Of a stretch of DNA of 64,000 nucleotides, positions 1-13,419 are shown in pieces. The stretch spans positions 41,478,001 to 41,542,000 of the forward strand of contig OX597815.1 in the NCBI GenBank assembly GCA_951406725.2. Reading direction: 5' to 3'. Origin of the DNA: Octopus vulgaris (lineage: Eukaryota). A program made the position numbers and the translations under genes. Position 1 is the first letter of the stretch, and every line of letters starts with the position of its first letter. The notes beneath the pieces are model-generated. The model was not told the DNA's origin. It ran no database searches and saw only the letters and a program-made list of their open reading frames with translations.

Positions 1-567
1 ATAGCTCTTCTCTCTGTTATTTCTTCTGTGATATTCACTCTCTAGTTTCCCATGCCTTTGCATCAGACACTCGCCTTATCTTCTGTCATTTTTCTATTAC
101 TTCCTTCGGACTTTTATAAGTTACAACAGATGTTTCTCTTTCAATTCGTATGACATGCTATTTCATTGTTTAACATTTGTTGTATTGTCCCACTGTAACA
201 CTTTATTTGTGTACATTTACATATATTAAAATAAATTTATGAAATGGATATGTCTGAAAGTGAAGTCAAAATACTAGGTTTATTAAAAAAAAAATGTTTA
301 GAACATATGCAGATGCATGTATACACATGTCACATACACATAGTTGCAGACACACATGCATACACATAGTTGCAGACACACATGCATACACATTTACATG
401 CACACAGTTATATGTGCATATGGTCACACTTACATATACACAATTGCATATTCTCTCCCTTTCTTACACACACACACACACATTATAAACTATGGAAAAT
501 GAGTTATCAGTATGAATAATTGCAATATGTGAAACTGAAATCTTTGGCTTTTACATGAAAACAGTTA

Positions 568-695
568 CCGTAAATCCTTGAGTATAGTCTGCCCTTGAGT
601 ATAATAAGCAGGGGATTTTTATGGGGCTGTACCTCTGAAAAACCTAAACCTTCTGTATAATAAGCACCCCTCGGATTATACTCGAGGATTTACGG
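568..695. mobile_element. 128-bp MITE, Tc1/mariner superfamily (Tc2/pogo-like CCGTA termini)
   Basis: TIRs CCGTAAATCCTTGAGTATA ... TATACTCGAGGATTTACGG (1 mismatch), flanked by TA on both sides (566-567, 696-697). Confidence 0.85.
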
Positions 696-1854
696 TATAT
701 AATTAAAAAAATTGAAACTAAACTTAAAATACAAAAGTTCCTTAGTGTGAAATTTGGTCCTTAACTTTGAAGTCAGTGACAAATAATAAGATATACTCAG
801 ACTGTGACAACCTGTCCAATCTATACCAATATAGAAAGTGGATATAAAAGGATAGGTCTGAAAGGTAACTTTAAATACAAACATACATATTTCAAACAAA
901 ATTTATGAAATGGAGAGCTATGAGGAGTGATGCCAATATTATCAATTGCAATATAAAAAATTGAAAGGTTAAAGTGTAACTTTTAAAGCTGAAATCTTTG
1001 CTTTGATTGAAAACTGTTCTTGTGTGTTTATATAAGAAATTAAGAAATGCTTGTATGCTAAACAGGCATTTAAAAATTTTTCTAAATTGATACACTCATA
1101 CACACATATATTTAGAATATACTAGAAAAGTAGAAATTATGTGTACAAAAGATGTATGACTGCTGCTGTTATGTTTACAACTCCACACTGATTATCATAA
1201 TCCAGTCTGCTTCCTGTATGGTTGTTAAGTAACTTCTATACTGAGTAGTATTACTAGTTATGAAGTACAGAGCAAATGCATACATAATATATATATAGAT
1301 ATATATTATAAAACCTGAAAGGAAATATTGAAAATTATAGATTGGCAAATGGAAAGCTAAAAGCATTTATTTGAGAAAAGTATCTGAAAGAAAACTGGGA
1401 ATAAAAAAAAGTACTTTTATGAAAAGAAAATTATGAAATGGATATATGAAAAAAATATATATAAAAAGATCAGAAATTGATGGAAGCTTCTAGTGTGTTT
1501 GCTTCAGGAAATCACTGATAGCCTGTGTCCTCATGTATTTGAGAGGAAATAGCTAAAGCAGAACTTGAAGTGAGTTCATCAAAATACATCACACACATGC
1601 ATAACCACACACATACACTTATATCTGCAAGTAAGAAATCTTCTGTGTCATCAGAATTGTGGAATTCATGTTCGTGGTCGTTGAACTTCTGGTGACATGC
1701 GCACACACACAAAAAAATCAGTCTCACACATGCACCTATGACATCAGTTCCAGTCTATTAACATGATCAAGATTTACATTTGTTGAGCCTTGGAGTCACA
1801 AACATTATTTGTATTAATTGTATTTTGTACATGAATTGTATATTTGTAATGTAT

Positions 1855-2225
1855 CCTTTTGCTCTTTTACACCGGTTGTTGGACAGTGGCCATGTTAGAA
1901 CACCACCTTGTGAAGTTAGATATACAAATTGATGCTAGTACTTACCCTAAGTCTTATTCTATCACTTTCTTTTGCTAAACCATTAAGTTATGGGTGACAT
2001 AAACAAACCATCACTGGTTGTCAAACAGTGGGGAACAAATACTCACATGCTCATGTCGATGTGCTTCTCATAGTTTCCATTGACCAAATTCACTCACAAA
2101 GCATTGGTCACCTTGGATTTATAGCAGAAGACACTTTCCTAAGGTGCCATGTAACGGAACTGAACCCAAAACCACATGGCAGCAAAGTGAACTTCTTAAC
2201 CACACGACCATGCTTTGCTCCTATA
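1855..2225 (-). mobile_element. tRNA-derived SINE family A (diverged copy)
   Basis: Minus-strand head with A-box-like TGGTCGTGTGG and B-box-like GGTTCAGTTCC; body matches the other family A copies in the window. Confidence 0.8.
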
Positions 2226-2384
2226 ACGTAAGGATGTCTATTTATTTAATTCTGTTTATTATAATGTATTGAGCTTGAGTTCCTCTTTGGTTTGTATCAA
2301 GTTGACTATTCCAGTTGTGTAATAGTTGTTATATTTTTATGTTTTGTGAGGTTTTTTAAGGCCCTACCATCTTGAAAGCATTGT

Positions 2385-2555
2385 GTTGTTGTTTAGCCCC
2401 AAGCTGTCCCTGATCAAGGAGACCAGTAGTCCATTGCATTTATTGCTTTCTGTATCAGTGACTGCATTCTCCAAAGTAGATGTCTTTATTTGTAAGATGT
2501 AAATCTATGATTTGAAGGAGATCTGGCTATTTCAAACAACTGTGCTTAGGTTCCC
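2385..2555 (-). repeat. Dispersed repeat family G ((CAA)n-tailed, SINE-like)
   Basis: GTTGTTGTTTAGCCCC..CCCTGATCAAG..GATTTGAAGGAGAT..GCTATTT motif; related copies at about 3585-3755, 21835-22010, 26745-26870, 37810-38080, 52690-52885, 53745-53900. Confidence 0.6.
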
Positions 2556-2964
2556 TTGTAATATTCTATTCTTTGCAAATATGCATTCTGTTTATGGAAC
2601 TATAATTAATTGTGTATAACCTCTACCTACAGATGAAATGTTGAGCCAAAGTTTGTAATATTGCTGTCTGGTATTGATTAAATAACCAGAAAGGGGAATT
2701 TGTTATATTAGAAATACTACTGAACCATAATAATTATAAGCTGCAACAGAGTCACTGATATTTCAACATTACTTATTTACTGTTAAAATTGGTGTTCTTT
2801 CATTTGGATACAAACCATACCCTCATTCCTCTCTCTCTCTCTCTCACTCACACACGCACACACTTGCCTTGGTCCTTATGTTGTTACTCAGTTCTCTTCA
2901 TTGAAAAATGGCATTATCACAGGATCAAGATGAGCCTTGAATCTTGGCATAGATATAAAAGTGC

Positions 2965-3215
2965 CTCTAGTGCAGGCATCATGATAAAGTTCACCAATAC
3001 ACTTTGTTAAACGGTTAGTGTTTGGGTGAATCCAGCTATACAAATCAGGCCAAAAATTGGAATATATGTGTGTGTGTGTGTGATATAATCCTCTGACCCA
3101 CTCAAGAGAGTAGTAACTTCAAATAAAAATTAATTTGGGCCTTGATTACCTGTTCCACTTATGCCAGTATGAGAAACAGATTCAAAATGACAATGATGAT
3201 GATCATTATCATCAT
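2965..3215 (+). mobile_element. RTE-tail repeat family C (diverged)
   Basis: Ends in ATGCCAGTATGAGAAACAGA..AAATGACAATGATGATGAT, similar to the 27789-28160 copy. Confidence 0.55.
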
Positions 3216-3584
3216 ACAGGATAAAAACTTTACAATTGCCAAAAGAACAGTAACTCATGAGGTAATTTTATTGGTACACATGATTTTCAGGGTTATTGAA
3301 CAAAACTTCTAAGATGTTACCAACACTCAGTTGTATTGATAAACAAAATAATTTTTTAACACATACATAAGAGCACACATTTGGGACAAGGGTTATAGTC
3401 TATTAAATCAAGTACAATTCATCAATCCCGTAAGGATGAAGGACAAAATTGAGGGATTTTTGTCGGGTTTGAACTCTGACTGTAAAGAGATATAATAGTA
3501 TTAGACATTATGTGCACAACTCTACTAATTCTACCAATGCAATGACCTTCAAAACTGTGAACCACCAAAAGAATTAGTATGTCA

Positions 3585-3755
3585 TCACTTGACTTGCTAG
3601 AAATGGTAGCCAAAAATCCCTCAAATCACTAGTCTTAAAAATGAAAAGACTATATGTGGTTCTAGATAGAATATATTTTAAAGTAAGATGGAATGGTCAT
3701 TACTGGATCTTCTTTGATTATAAGTCTGTTCAATTAGGGGTAAGCAACAACAATA
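3585..3755 (+). repeat. Dispersed repeat family G
   Basis: CTTGCTAGAAATGGTAGCCAAAAATCCCTCAAATCAC ... GGGGTAAGCAACAACAA; reverse complement of the 2385 copy. Confidence 0.6.
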
Positions 3756-4159
3756 AAAACAATGACTTTTTTTGCAATTAATATAGAATTCTTACTACAA
3801 TAATTAAATAATATGAACAATTCTGAACAGAAATATTAATTTTTCACTTGAGAAATCCACTGTCCATGTCTTTTTTTTCAGGTTGGACATGATATAAAAT
3901 TTCTGGGTCATATATTTAATTATATTTCCTTTTACTCTTCATTCTGTCTACAACTTCTGCATGTCCTTATTGGTTAGTTTGTTTGGTGTAGTGAGCCATT
4001 TCCTAAAGTTAACGTAGCTGTGTATAGGGCCTTCTGTAAAATTATTTGATCAATTTCCTGTGACCAAAATGTCAGGAAATTTCACTGGAATCTCTCAACT
4101 GCTTAGTCAGAGTACTATTATTATTATTTTTATTTTTTATCTGTTCTGTCTGCCAATAT

Positions 4160-4300
4160 TATGGCAAAATTAGTAGAACTCTAGACTAAATGGTTTGCGA
4201 TATTTAGTTCCATTCTCAGTTCAAATTATGCCAAGGTCAACTTTGCTTTTCATCCTACTGGATGTCAGTGAAATAAGTGCCAGTGAAGCACAGAACACAG
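4160..4300 (+). mobile_element. tRNA-SINE family D, degenerate
   Basis: CAGTTCAAATT..AGGTCAACTTTGCTTTTCATCC matches the 28555 copy. Confidence 0.55.
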
Positions 4301-6394
4301 CATAATTGATTATAACATTCCAGATATCAATATCATTTGTCTATAAACATAAGTATTTTAAATTGTATTAGTTTGTAAACTGCATAGAAATTCTGTTAAA
4401 AGTTAAAATAAATATTAAAGAACTTTTGAGTGAATATCAAAGCCTTAGTTAAAAATTCTTTAGTCTTATGAATTATATTTATTCTATTTGTGTTCATTCA
4501 TTAAATAAATATTCTGAAGAAATATGTTTAGTTTGCAGTACAGTTAATTAGTGACTATATATTGTATAGAAAAGGATTTCTCTTTTATATTTAGGCTGAG
4601 TGAAATTATCAGAAAGTCTTGTAAGAAAAAAAATGCTTTTATTGTAAATAAAATACATATTAATGTGAATTTTTTAATGTAAAAGTTTAACTTGTTTATC
4701 TAGAATTTAGATATTAAAAAAAGATGTAATTGTCATGAAAAGCCACTCTTGTAGAAGTTACATATTCAGAGCTTTCTCTCTTGTACATTTCTCAATTCAT
4801 GATGTTGCATGGAAGGGAAAGTTCGAATGTATACATTTCTAGTTATACTAAGCCAAGCATGGGTATCCTTTTATGAGAAGCTGACTGCATGAGACTTGGT
4901 TCATCAACTGGCTACTACTAAAAGAATTCAAGGTCATCTTTTGTTAAGCATATCATTTAGAAAGTCCTGTGAGTCAGTGCTTGCCCACAACAGTACTAAG
5001 CATTTCTTAGCCATGACATTTGAGCTTTCTCCATTAGGTAGAAATTTCAAGCATAAATTTTGCAATTATTATAGAATTGAAATATAAATAACAATTGCTT
5101 TAACCCCACTGCTCAGCTAGTACATATTTCATTGAGCCCAAAAGATGAAAGGTAATTAACTTGGACAGATTTTCAACCCAGACAATATGATGTAAAGCAT
5201 TTTGTTTGGCATGCTTCCAATACTGCCAGCTTGGTACCCTCAAATAACTAGTAATAGAATGATAATTACACTGCTTTTCATCACATTAACATGGTGGTGG
5301 TCATTTTATAGAGATGCTACACACAGGAACCTAGTAACTTCACCTATCCTGTCCTAAAGTTATTAACTTTCTCTCTAATTTATTTTCATTGAAAGTATGT
5401 TTTAAGTATAATAACCTTTGTCCTTTTTCCTATGTGTAATTTCTAAATATGGTTTCGATGTGTGCTAACTGTCACTTGTCATAATTAATGCATTTCCTGG
5501 GCTCAATAAGGTCTCACATCCCTTTTTATTTTGAACTCTAAGGGAGCTTTGTTCAAGGTCTCACATCCTTCATTTTCCTCAAACTGATGTATTTTTATTC
5601 TAACCTTATAAAAAAAAAAAGTTATCTATAACATTTCTATTGCATAGGAATGGATTCTTAAGACTGGTAGAAGAGGATAAGCTAACTTTAGGAAACCTAA
5701 TATCAGTAGACAAGATTTATATTACAGCTAAAAGTATGTTTCTTACTATTGCTTACTACTATTCAAAGCTGGTGGAAGAGGTCATCAAAACTGTGATAGA
5801 ACCAGAGATAGATGATTCGTTTCAGTTACATATAAAGATTTTAATCATAAAGGTATAGGGGGATGAGAGGTGGGGTCTAAATTTTCTAAGTTATCTTCTG
5901 AATTGTTAATGTAATTTGTTGATATATTTAGCATTTTAAAATAAATAACGTTTTTATTAATGTTCATCATTTCATCCTATTAGCAATATTTCTTTTGTAT
6001 CAACATTTTTGCAACACTAAAAATAATAGAATATTAATAGAATAGTAATAGAATGAATTAATAATGGTTTAACTTTACTAATCTTACCAACTCAATGAAA
6101 TAATAATATATTTTTTGATTGTAAATGAAAACATCATCTTTCTTTTGACAGTCACACTACAGAAAGCTGGAATCAAATTTCCAGAGCAAGATTTGACATT
6201 TAAAATTTTTTTTCTATTTACAAAGTGAAATATAGACAAATAGAAAACACAAATCATGTTGAAGCACACAAATTACATTATATCAGTTGTCTTTCTTTTA
6301 ATTTAGTTTACTTTCTGCTTTAGTTGTAAATAATCAGTTATTAAATCCATTTTGTACTTCACTATTGATAGCCTTTATAATTTTTATGAGCTAT

Positions 6395-6530
6395 AAATTG
6401 GCAGTCATTAGAGCACTGGATAATGTACATAGTGATCCTATACTGACTCTCTGTGATCTGAGTTCAGACCCCACCATGATCAACTTTGCCTTTTGTCCTT
6501 TGGGGGTTGATCAATAAAGTTTTAAGTCTA
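6395..6530 (+). mobile_element. tRNA-SINE family D, degenerate
   Basis: TGGCAGTCATTAGAGCACTGG..TGAGTTCAGA..GATCAACTTTGCCTTTTGTCCTTTGGGGGTTGAT. Confidence 0.55.
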
Positions 6531-6971
6531 GTACAGGAGATTGACCGAATTATTAGTGTGGATGAAATGCCTTGCAGTGTATTTTTTGGTGCTTTGTATT
6601 CCAAAATAAAATTTTCCTCTTGTCACCAGGGGGTGATAGGTCTATAATGTCAGACAGAACGACGCGTCAATTGTAGCACCATTTCAGTTGCATCAATATA
6701 AATGCGTGGGATAAATGCTAAAAGCACAAGAAAAAAAAACAATTAGTAATAATATATTTACTTTTAAAATAGCTAGACTTGTTCTATTATAAGTGCTTTT
6801 CTGTCTAGATTTTGTTTAGTGATTCCCTACCTTTTTTTTGTGTGTGTGTGTTTGTGTGTCTTTAAAAGATACTTGCTTTAAACTTCATAAGAAAGGAGAA
6901 ACAAATAAACTTCTTTTCTGAATCATAGATTCATGGGTTCAGTACTTATCATAATATTTTTAGTGTTAAAT

Positions 6972-7204
6972 CAGTGTTTCTCAACCACATTTTACTTATG
7001 GACCCCTTTCATTCCTATTTTATTCAGGCCAACCCTCATAACCATTGTATGTTTAAAAAATCCTGTTGTATTTTTATAATTAAACATTATTAGGAATTGT
7101 ATTAAAAAATATTTAATATTTTGTGTATTGTAGAAGTATAACCTATTTATTGCCCATAAATTTTAACAATAAAATTTAACATGGGCACTGGTTGAGAAAT
7201 ACAA
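6972..7204 (+). mobile_element. hAT (Charlie-like) MITE family H
   Basis: TIR CAGTGTTTCTCAACC ... GGTTGAGAAATACAA; 8-bp TSD TGTTAAAT on both sides; homologous to the 26519, 50978 and 61684 copies. Confidence 0.8.
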
Positions 7205-7697
7205 TGTTAAATAGTGAATCATTTTCCTTTCAATAGAATGATTTATTACAGGTAACTTTTACTTTCTGCAGGTTTATTTGAAATCCACAATTGAAGTAAA
7301 TGAATTACTCCCTAATTCTACAACAGTAGAATGCTACTTGAAATCTTTATTTGGAGCCAGACAAACTTAACCATTGAGTTAAGTATAATAGTACCAGTTG
7401 TTTGATATGAGCCACTAAGCTATCTTCTAGTTGTTTGGTACCTAATCAACTTGGCCATATTTCTTTTTTTGTTTGCCACATGAAAAGCTAGAATCAAATT
7501 TCTAAAGCAAGTTCTTAGGCTTTGAACCTATTGGATAAATTCCTTCCTGTGGGAACAAAGTGGTTTTATTAACTTACATTAAAACAGATTAGAAAATTAT
7601 TTCTGGAAAGCAACTTAAATTTGTGTGTTCATACACTCATTCATTTAAACATACTTCATTTCTACTTCATACAGTTTAACTCCCTTGTCTGGGAGAA

Positions 7698-8078
7698 ATA
7701 CTTGTTTGTTATTTGACTGCTGCTATGCTGGGGCATTGCCTTGAAGGGTTTTAGTCAAACAAATCGACCCCAGGACGTTTTTTTAAGCCTGATACTTATT
7801 CTATCACTCTCTGTTGCTAAATCTCTAAGTTGCAGAGACATAAACACACCAACACTAGTTGTCAAGCAGTGTTGGGGACAAACACAAAGAGACACACACA
7901 CATAAATATATACATACATACGATAGGCTTCTTTCAGTTTCTGTCTACCAAATCAACTTCCAAGGGTTTGGTTGACTCTAGGCTATAGTATAAGACACTT
8001 GCACTAAGTGCCATGCAGTGGGACTGAACTTGGAACCATGTGGTTGGGAAGCAAGCTTCTTAGCACACAGCCACACCT
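7698..8078 (-). mobile_element. tRNA-SINE family A
   Basis: GGGACTGAACTTGGAACCATGTGGTTGGGAAGCAAGCTTCTT head (reverse), internal CA/TA microsatellite, shared body. Confidence 0.9.
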
Positions 8079-8530
8079 AAAAAAGTTTTTAAAAATGCCA
8101 AACTTCTATTTCAAACTCAGCATTAGTATTATAATATTGATTGCACTTTTTCCCAAGATTAAACAGGTTGTCTAGGTAACAAACCTTCTCTTGAATACAG
8201 TCTGTAATCTTTAACTCTTTGTTTATCTCATTGTTGACTACACCCATCTATCTGGACTACTTGAATTTTGGTTCCTTACTACTCTATCTGTAAACTTGTT
8301 GCAACTTCTTGGCACATCAGTTGCACTGTCTACATAATATTGAATTTCTGTATGCTTCCTCCTCCACCTTTCTACATAGAACTCAATTTACGTGTGTATA
8401 CAAATATATTTAGTCTTGCTTATGAAAATGGTTTTGGCTTAAAACCCATATTGAGAACATATGAACAGCAAAACTTTTCATTGCATCTATTCAGACTTTC
8501 ATTGAGTCTACTATGAGCTTTTAATTTTTC

Positions 8531-8750
8531 TTAACCCTTTCGTTACTGTATTTATTTTGAGATGTGCTGTGTTTCTTTCAATTACTTTAAATATAACAAA
8601 GAATTTAGTAAAATAACTTAGTTATCATAGTTAGGAACATAAATTGTGACTAACGTTTGGTGGAAGATTTTAATTCAAAACTTATGAAAACAAGACATTT
8701 GTACTCGGAGCCAGAGCCGGTTTCAGCCGGGTTGGTAACAAAAGGGTTAA
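8531..8750 (+). mobile_element. TTAA-flanked piggyBac-like MITE family E
   Basis: TTAA-CCCTTTCGTTAC ... GTAACAAAAGGG-TTAA termini. Confidence 0.85.
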
Positions 8751-8877
8751 GCTTGTTACAAGACTTCAGTCATTTCCTAGATGTTAAAGGTGGTTATGAA
8801 TGTTCTAGACCTTTCCATTCGAGCCTCCTTCATCTTTTAGTTGGAATTTTTTTTCTGGGTTGTCTTTCCAATGAGAC

Positions 8878-9104
8878 TTAATGCTTTTGATACCAACCCA
8901 CCTGAAACTGCATCTGGCTCTGTAGTACAAATGTCTTGTTTTCAAAAGTTCTGAATTAAAATCTACCGAACCTTAGTCACAATTTATGTTCCTAACACTA
9001 ACTTAATGATAACTAAGTTATTTTACTAAATTCTTAGTTATATTTAAAATTAATTGAATGAAACACAGAGCATCTCAACAGAAATATGGTAACGAAAGGG
9101 CTAA
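8878..9104 (-). mobile_element. piggyBac-like MITE family E, inverted copy
   Basis: Reverse complement of 8531-8750 along its length (e.g. GTACAAATGTCTTGTTTTCA, TAGTCACAATTTATGTTCCTAAC); termini degenerate. Confidence 0.85.
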
Positions 9105-9123
9105 GTTATGTACATACAAGAGT

Positions 9124-9541
9124 CTCTTTTATCTTGTACTTGTTTCAGTCATTAAACAGTGGCTATGCTGGGGCACCACCTTGGATCTTTTTTAGTTGAA
9201 TGAATTAACCCCATTCCTTTTTTCTTCTTTGTTTATATTCAATTTTAAGCCTGGTACTTATCCTATAGATTTCTTTGAACTGCAAAGTTATCGGGATGTA
9301 AACATACTAACACCAGTCTTCAAGTGGTAGTGGGACACATGCACTCACACACACTCATACATACTTACATGCATACATACAAACGACAGGCTTCTTTCAG
9401 TTTCCATCTATCCAATCCACTCAAAAGTCAGCCCAAGACTGTAGCAGAAGATACTTACCCAAGGTGCCATGCAGTAGGACTGAACCCAGAACCATGTGGA
9501 TGAGAAGCAAGCTTCTTACCACACAACCATGCCTGTACCTG
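9124..9541 (-). mobile_element. tRNA-SINE family A
   Basis: Full-length match to the 23901-24310 copy. Confidence 0.9.
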
Positions 9542-10243
9542 TAACTCATTTTTGAACTCTATTAATTTCAGAATTGTTACCAAAAGCTTCAGTCTCCTTC
9601 ATACATATCTTACACAGCTATTGTGAATCACTTACACATAATTTTGTTATTGTTCACCAGATTATGGCAATTATGACGGTTTGAATGGCTTTTATTATTC
9701 TGTGTTTATCAACAGCAATATCATTTGCATTTTGCAGAATAGTTGTTTTGCAGTTGCAACACCAGAACATGATATCAACATGCCAATGCACCAGAGCAAA
9801 ATACAAACTGAATTCCAGCCTCCACTACTCTTGTCTACAATAGTACAATTAAGTTCTCTTTGTTACATTTGTAGTGTAATTCTTCCAGGTTCTTAAAAGC
9901 AAAATAATCGTTAGGTTCCTGAACTTATAACACTTTCCTGATCACTCCAATCATACATAATATAGCAAAATTTTAATTTTCTGACATCACCATTTTTTTT
10001 TTTTCAATTTTTTTAATATGGTAGTTAGTAACTGAAGTATAATCTTCATATTAATCTCTTCATGGATTTGGCAAATATAACTCAGTTCTTACAATTGCAG
10101 AACATCTTAAATGAGCTTTTAGAAATTTTACAGGAATTATTGATTTTGGTGATTTGCACGATGTTTGATTTTTAAATAAGTGGAGTAATAGAGGACTATG
10201 TTTTAAAAAATACTGGCAATGTCCCAGCATGGCCTCAACCTTT

Positions 10244-10244
<1 letters not shown>

Positions 10245-10277
<33 letters not shown>

Positions 10278-10553
10278 GACATACAACAGTTTAACATTAT
10301 AACAACAATATATATATTATGTTAAACTGTTGTATGTCCAAATTTAGCCAAATGCATTTTTCACAATATTTATTTTTACTTGCAATAGCTGGTTCGTTTG
10401 GTCAAACTATCGTATCTCCAGCTGCTTCAGATGCCAAGATATCAAAAATTGTCAAAGTGTAGTACAACAGTTTTGCTATAGAATGGTAAAGCTATTTTTT
10501 CGTTTTCTGAAAAAGCAATGTTTTGGACTTATGACACTTTTGCATAATAACAA

Positions 10554-10588
<35 letters not shown>

Positions 10589-10600
10589 CATACACACGTA
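10245..10600. repeat. (TA)n microsatellite interrupted by an about 280-bp insert with a 25-bp inverted repeat (Penelope-like fragment?)
   Basis: TA runs on both sides; ATTTGGACATACAACAGTTTAACAT (10273-10297) and its exact reverse complement (10319-10343). Confidence 0.6.
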
Positions 10601-10659
10601 TGTGTGTCTACATGTGCATTTTTGTGTTTATATGAGTGATTTTATATTTTCCTCATCTA

Positions 10660-11000
10660 CACATGTGTTTCACTCATTGGTTGTAAACACAGTACCTTTG
10701 CAAGTGGTATTGTTTACTTACAGTCTACTATAAGATCTTGTTCAGGCTACTTGACATGTTTTGACATGTTGCACAACTTTAGTGAGCAAAAGGTTAGTTT
10801 TTCGTGTAGTTTGTTTCTAGGTCTCCACATAAGCATGTCCAGGCTGTTTGTTGTTCAAATGATTGGTATATTATTACCTTACCCAGAAATAGATGTAACT
10901 TGGTGACTGGAAGGGTATCCAACCATTAGAAAATTCTTCCCCAACATACTCTCATCTGACATACAATTATGGGAAAGTGGACATTGAAATGTTTATGATA
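10660..11000 (+). mobile_element. SINE body/tail module B, degenerate
   Basis: TATATTATTACCTTACCCAGAAATAG..TGGTGACTGGAAGGGTATCC..GGAAAGTGGACATTGAAATG, as in the 45484 and 59778 copies. Confidence 0.55.
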
Positions 11001-13419
11001 TACATATCGATTTAAACATTTTAGCTTGTAAGTGTCACTTTAATATGGCTTACTTAAATTTAAGAATAATTACTTATGTACATATTGCATTTGCAATGAT
11101 GCAGTTGAGAAACCGTTGCGAGAATTAATTACCTTTTAAATATTTGATTCCCCCCCCCTGCTACTGGTTAACATTCTTGTATAGAATTTTAATTATTTTC
11201 AATGAAATTATCATGTACTGAAATTAGTTGTTGAATTACAATCAAGCAGGTTTATGGAAAGTGTTTCTTTAGTTTTGTTTTAAAATGACACTAAAGAATA
11301 CTGGGAAAGAAAAAAAAAAAATGAGTAATTGAATCTCTTTGATTAGCTTTCCTTCTGGCATTGACCTACATTTTTATTTCAGTAAAGTGCTTAGGCATCC
11401 AGCTAATACATTTATTCATAAACACTTTTCTCTCAAGGGACAAAGTTGTTAACTTCATAAACATAGCATTGTCTTTAAACAAGACAAAATAGGGAAAGGA
11501 TGGGAATCAGTAGATAACTACAAAATTATTAGCTCAAACTAATACATATTGTGGATTAAAAAAAAAAATTATTATCCTGTGTAATGTTATATTCAAATAT
11601 TGTGGCATCATACACAAGATTACCATCAAGAACTACATGTAACTGTCAGTATTAATAAGCTGGATCCATTTCTCTATCATTTATTTGTTTTGTAAAAAGA
11701 TCTTACCTAAGCTGATTACTACTATCACTGGAAGATGGTTTTGTTTGCTTAATGGATGCTTGCAGCTGTAGAAGTAAAAAAAGTTATAAGATTGGTAGCT
11801 GGGTGTGGCAATTATGCTTTATTGGTTTAATACATGTCTATGCATGTATGTATGTATGTATGTGTGTGTGTATATATCTATATATATATATATATATATA
11901 CACAAAAAATATTTCCGTTTTATACATTTCAAGCTTTCATGTGAGATTATAAACACAACTTCAACATAAGTAATACATACATTGTTATGTGTTATTTGAA
12001 ATGAAATGTTAGTATAAATACTAGTTCCTTTGTTTTAAGGTGACTTTGGTAATATATAATAATTCGTCTCTAAATGTAACTTCAAATAAATACTTGGCAC
12101 AGTTTGAATTATTATTATTATTATTATTATTATTACATTTTTTTTGTGAGAAATTCTTTTCCTTATGAGGCTTTTTAGTTGAATTTTAAAATTATAATAT
12201 TTAGGGGCAGTTTTGATGTCATGTGATTTGTTTTCACTAGCTTTGTCAGATGATGGGAGCAAGTGTGTTGCCAGCTATAAATGTAAGATGACCTCATGAT
12301 CTATGTTTAGTAATTTTACTTAGAACAACACAATCTGCTTGGTTTGGTTGCTATGTAAAGATAATTACCTTGCTTGATATATGGATAGAAAATTCATCTG
12401 AAAGGCCAACAATAATGAATGCAATCAGAACGAGGAAAACTAAAACAGCAATGGCAATGATATTTCTACATCTAAGAATGTTACTTCCCTACTTGTCAAA
12501 TTTAGAAGTGATCTTGGTATAATATATATAGTCTAAGTGACAAATGACTGCATTTTTTTTCTCATATCATTCTGCAATAATTATCTTGTGGGTCATTCAT
12601 TTATTTTTATGATTTAGTGTGATGGTATTTCCTCAACAAATGGAAATTATCAAATTAGTTTTTCCTTTTTTAAGATGTTCTGATAAAGATCGAGGGAGAT
12701 ATAGCTGCTATTTTTAACAGATTATTTGACTAATAAGACATTTGTTTCTGAGCCAACAGTCTGGACACTAGTGAGAGAATACCACTTGCCCCAGACTTCC
12801 ACTCAATACTACATACTGTATATTAGAGTGTGTTGTGGTTCACAGAACCAATATGTTTCACTGGCTATATATGTTTCACTGGCTATAACTTGGGCATTGC
12901 TCAGTTCTGTGCTGACTCAGTCCCACAAAAACAAATCTGTTTTCAGTTGTCAAACTGTATTAATTATCAAATACATTTTTTTTATTTTCCACCTAGAACA
13001 AAATAAAACAGTTTCATCATGTGTAAATAAAAGAATTATGTTTATAGCCATCCAAAGCCAGTCATTTGCCAGTGAATAACAGAGATAGAAATATCTAAAA
13101 AATCCCATTGTTGATATTCCAATATTTCAGCATTTTTTTTAAAAAGTCCCTTTTTTCAGGTACAGTGAGAAGAGTTAGTCAGTTCAAAGCCTGCTCAACC
13201 TGTCCCAAGAGTTGAGCAGATTGGCTTTAAAAATAATAGTAAAAGTTACCTGTCCATTAGAAATCTTTTTTTTTTTTGTTCATTTGGCCAAATTACATTA
13301 ATATTCATGTATAATATTTGGTATATACCTACTATATTGCTAGTTTTCCAAATGAGAAAAAGTAAAAAATCTTTTGATGGAAAAGGATTTTAAGAAAAAT
13401 TTTATTCAGTATAATAAAT

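Noticed and set aside
294-488. 64-aa ORF
   Set aside because: CA/TA-rich low-complexity tract with a short tandem duplication; no coding signal.
1508-1575. Exon candidate TTCAG|...|GTGAGT
   Set aside because: All three frames contain stops and there is no other support.
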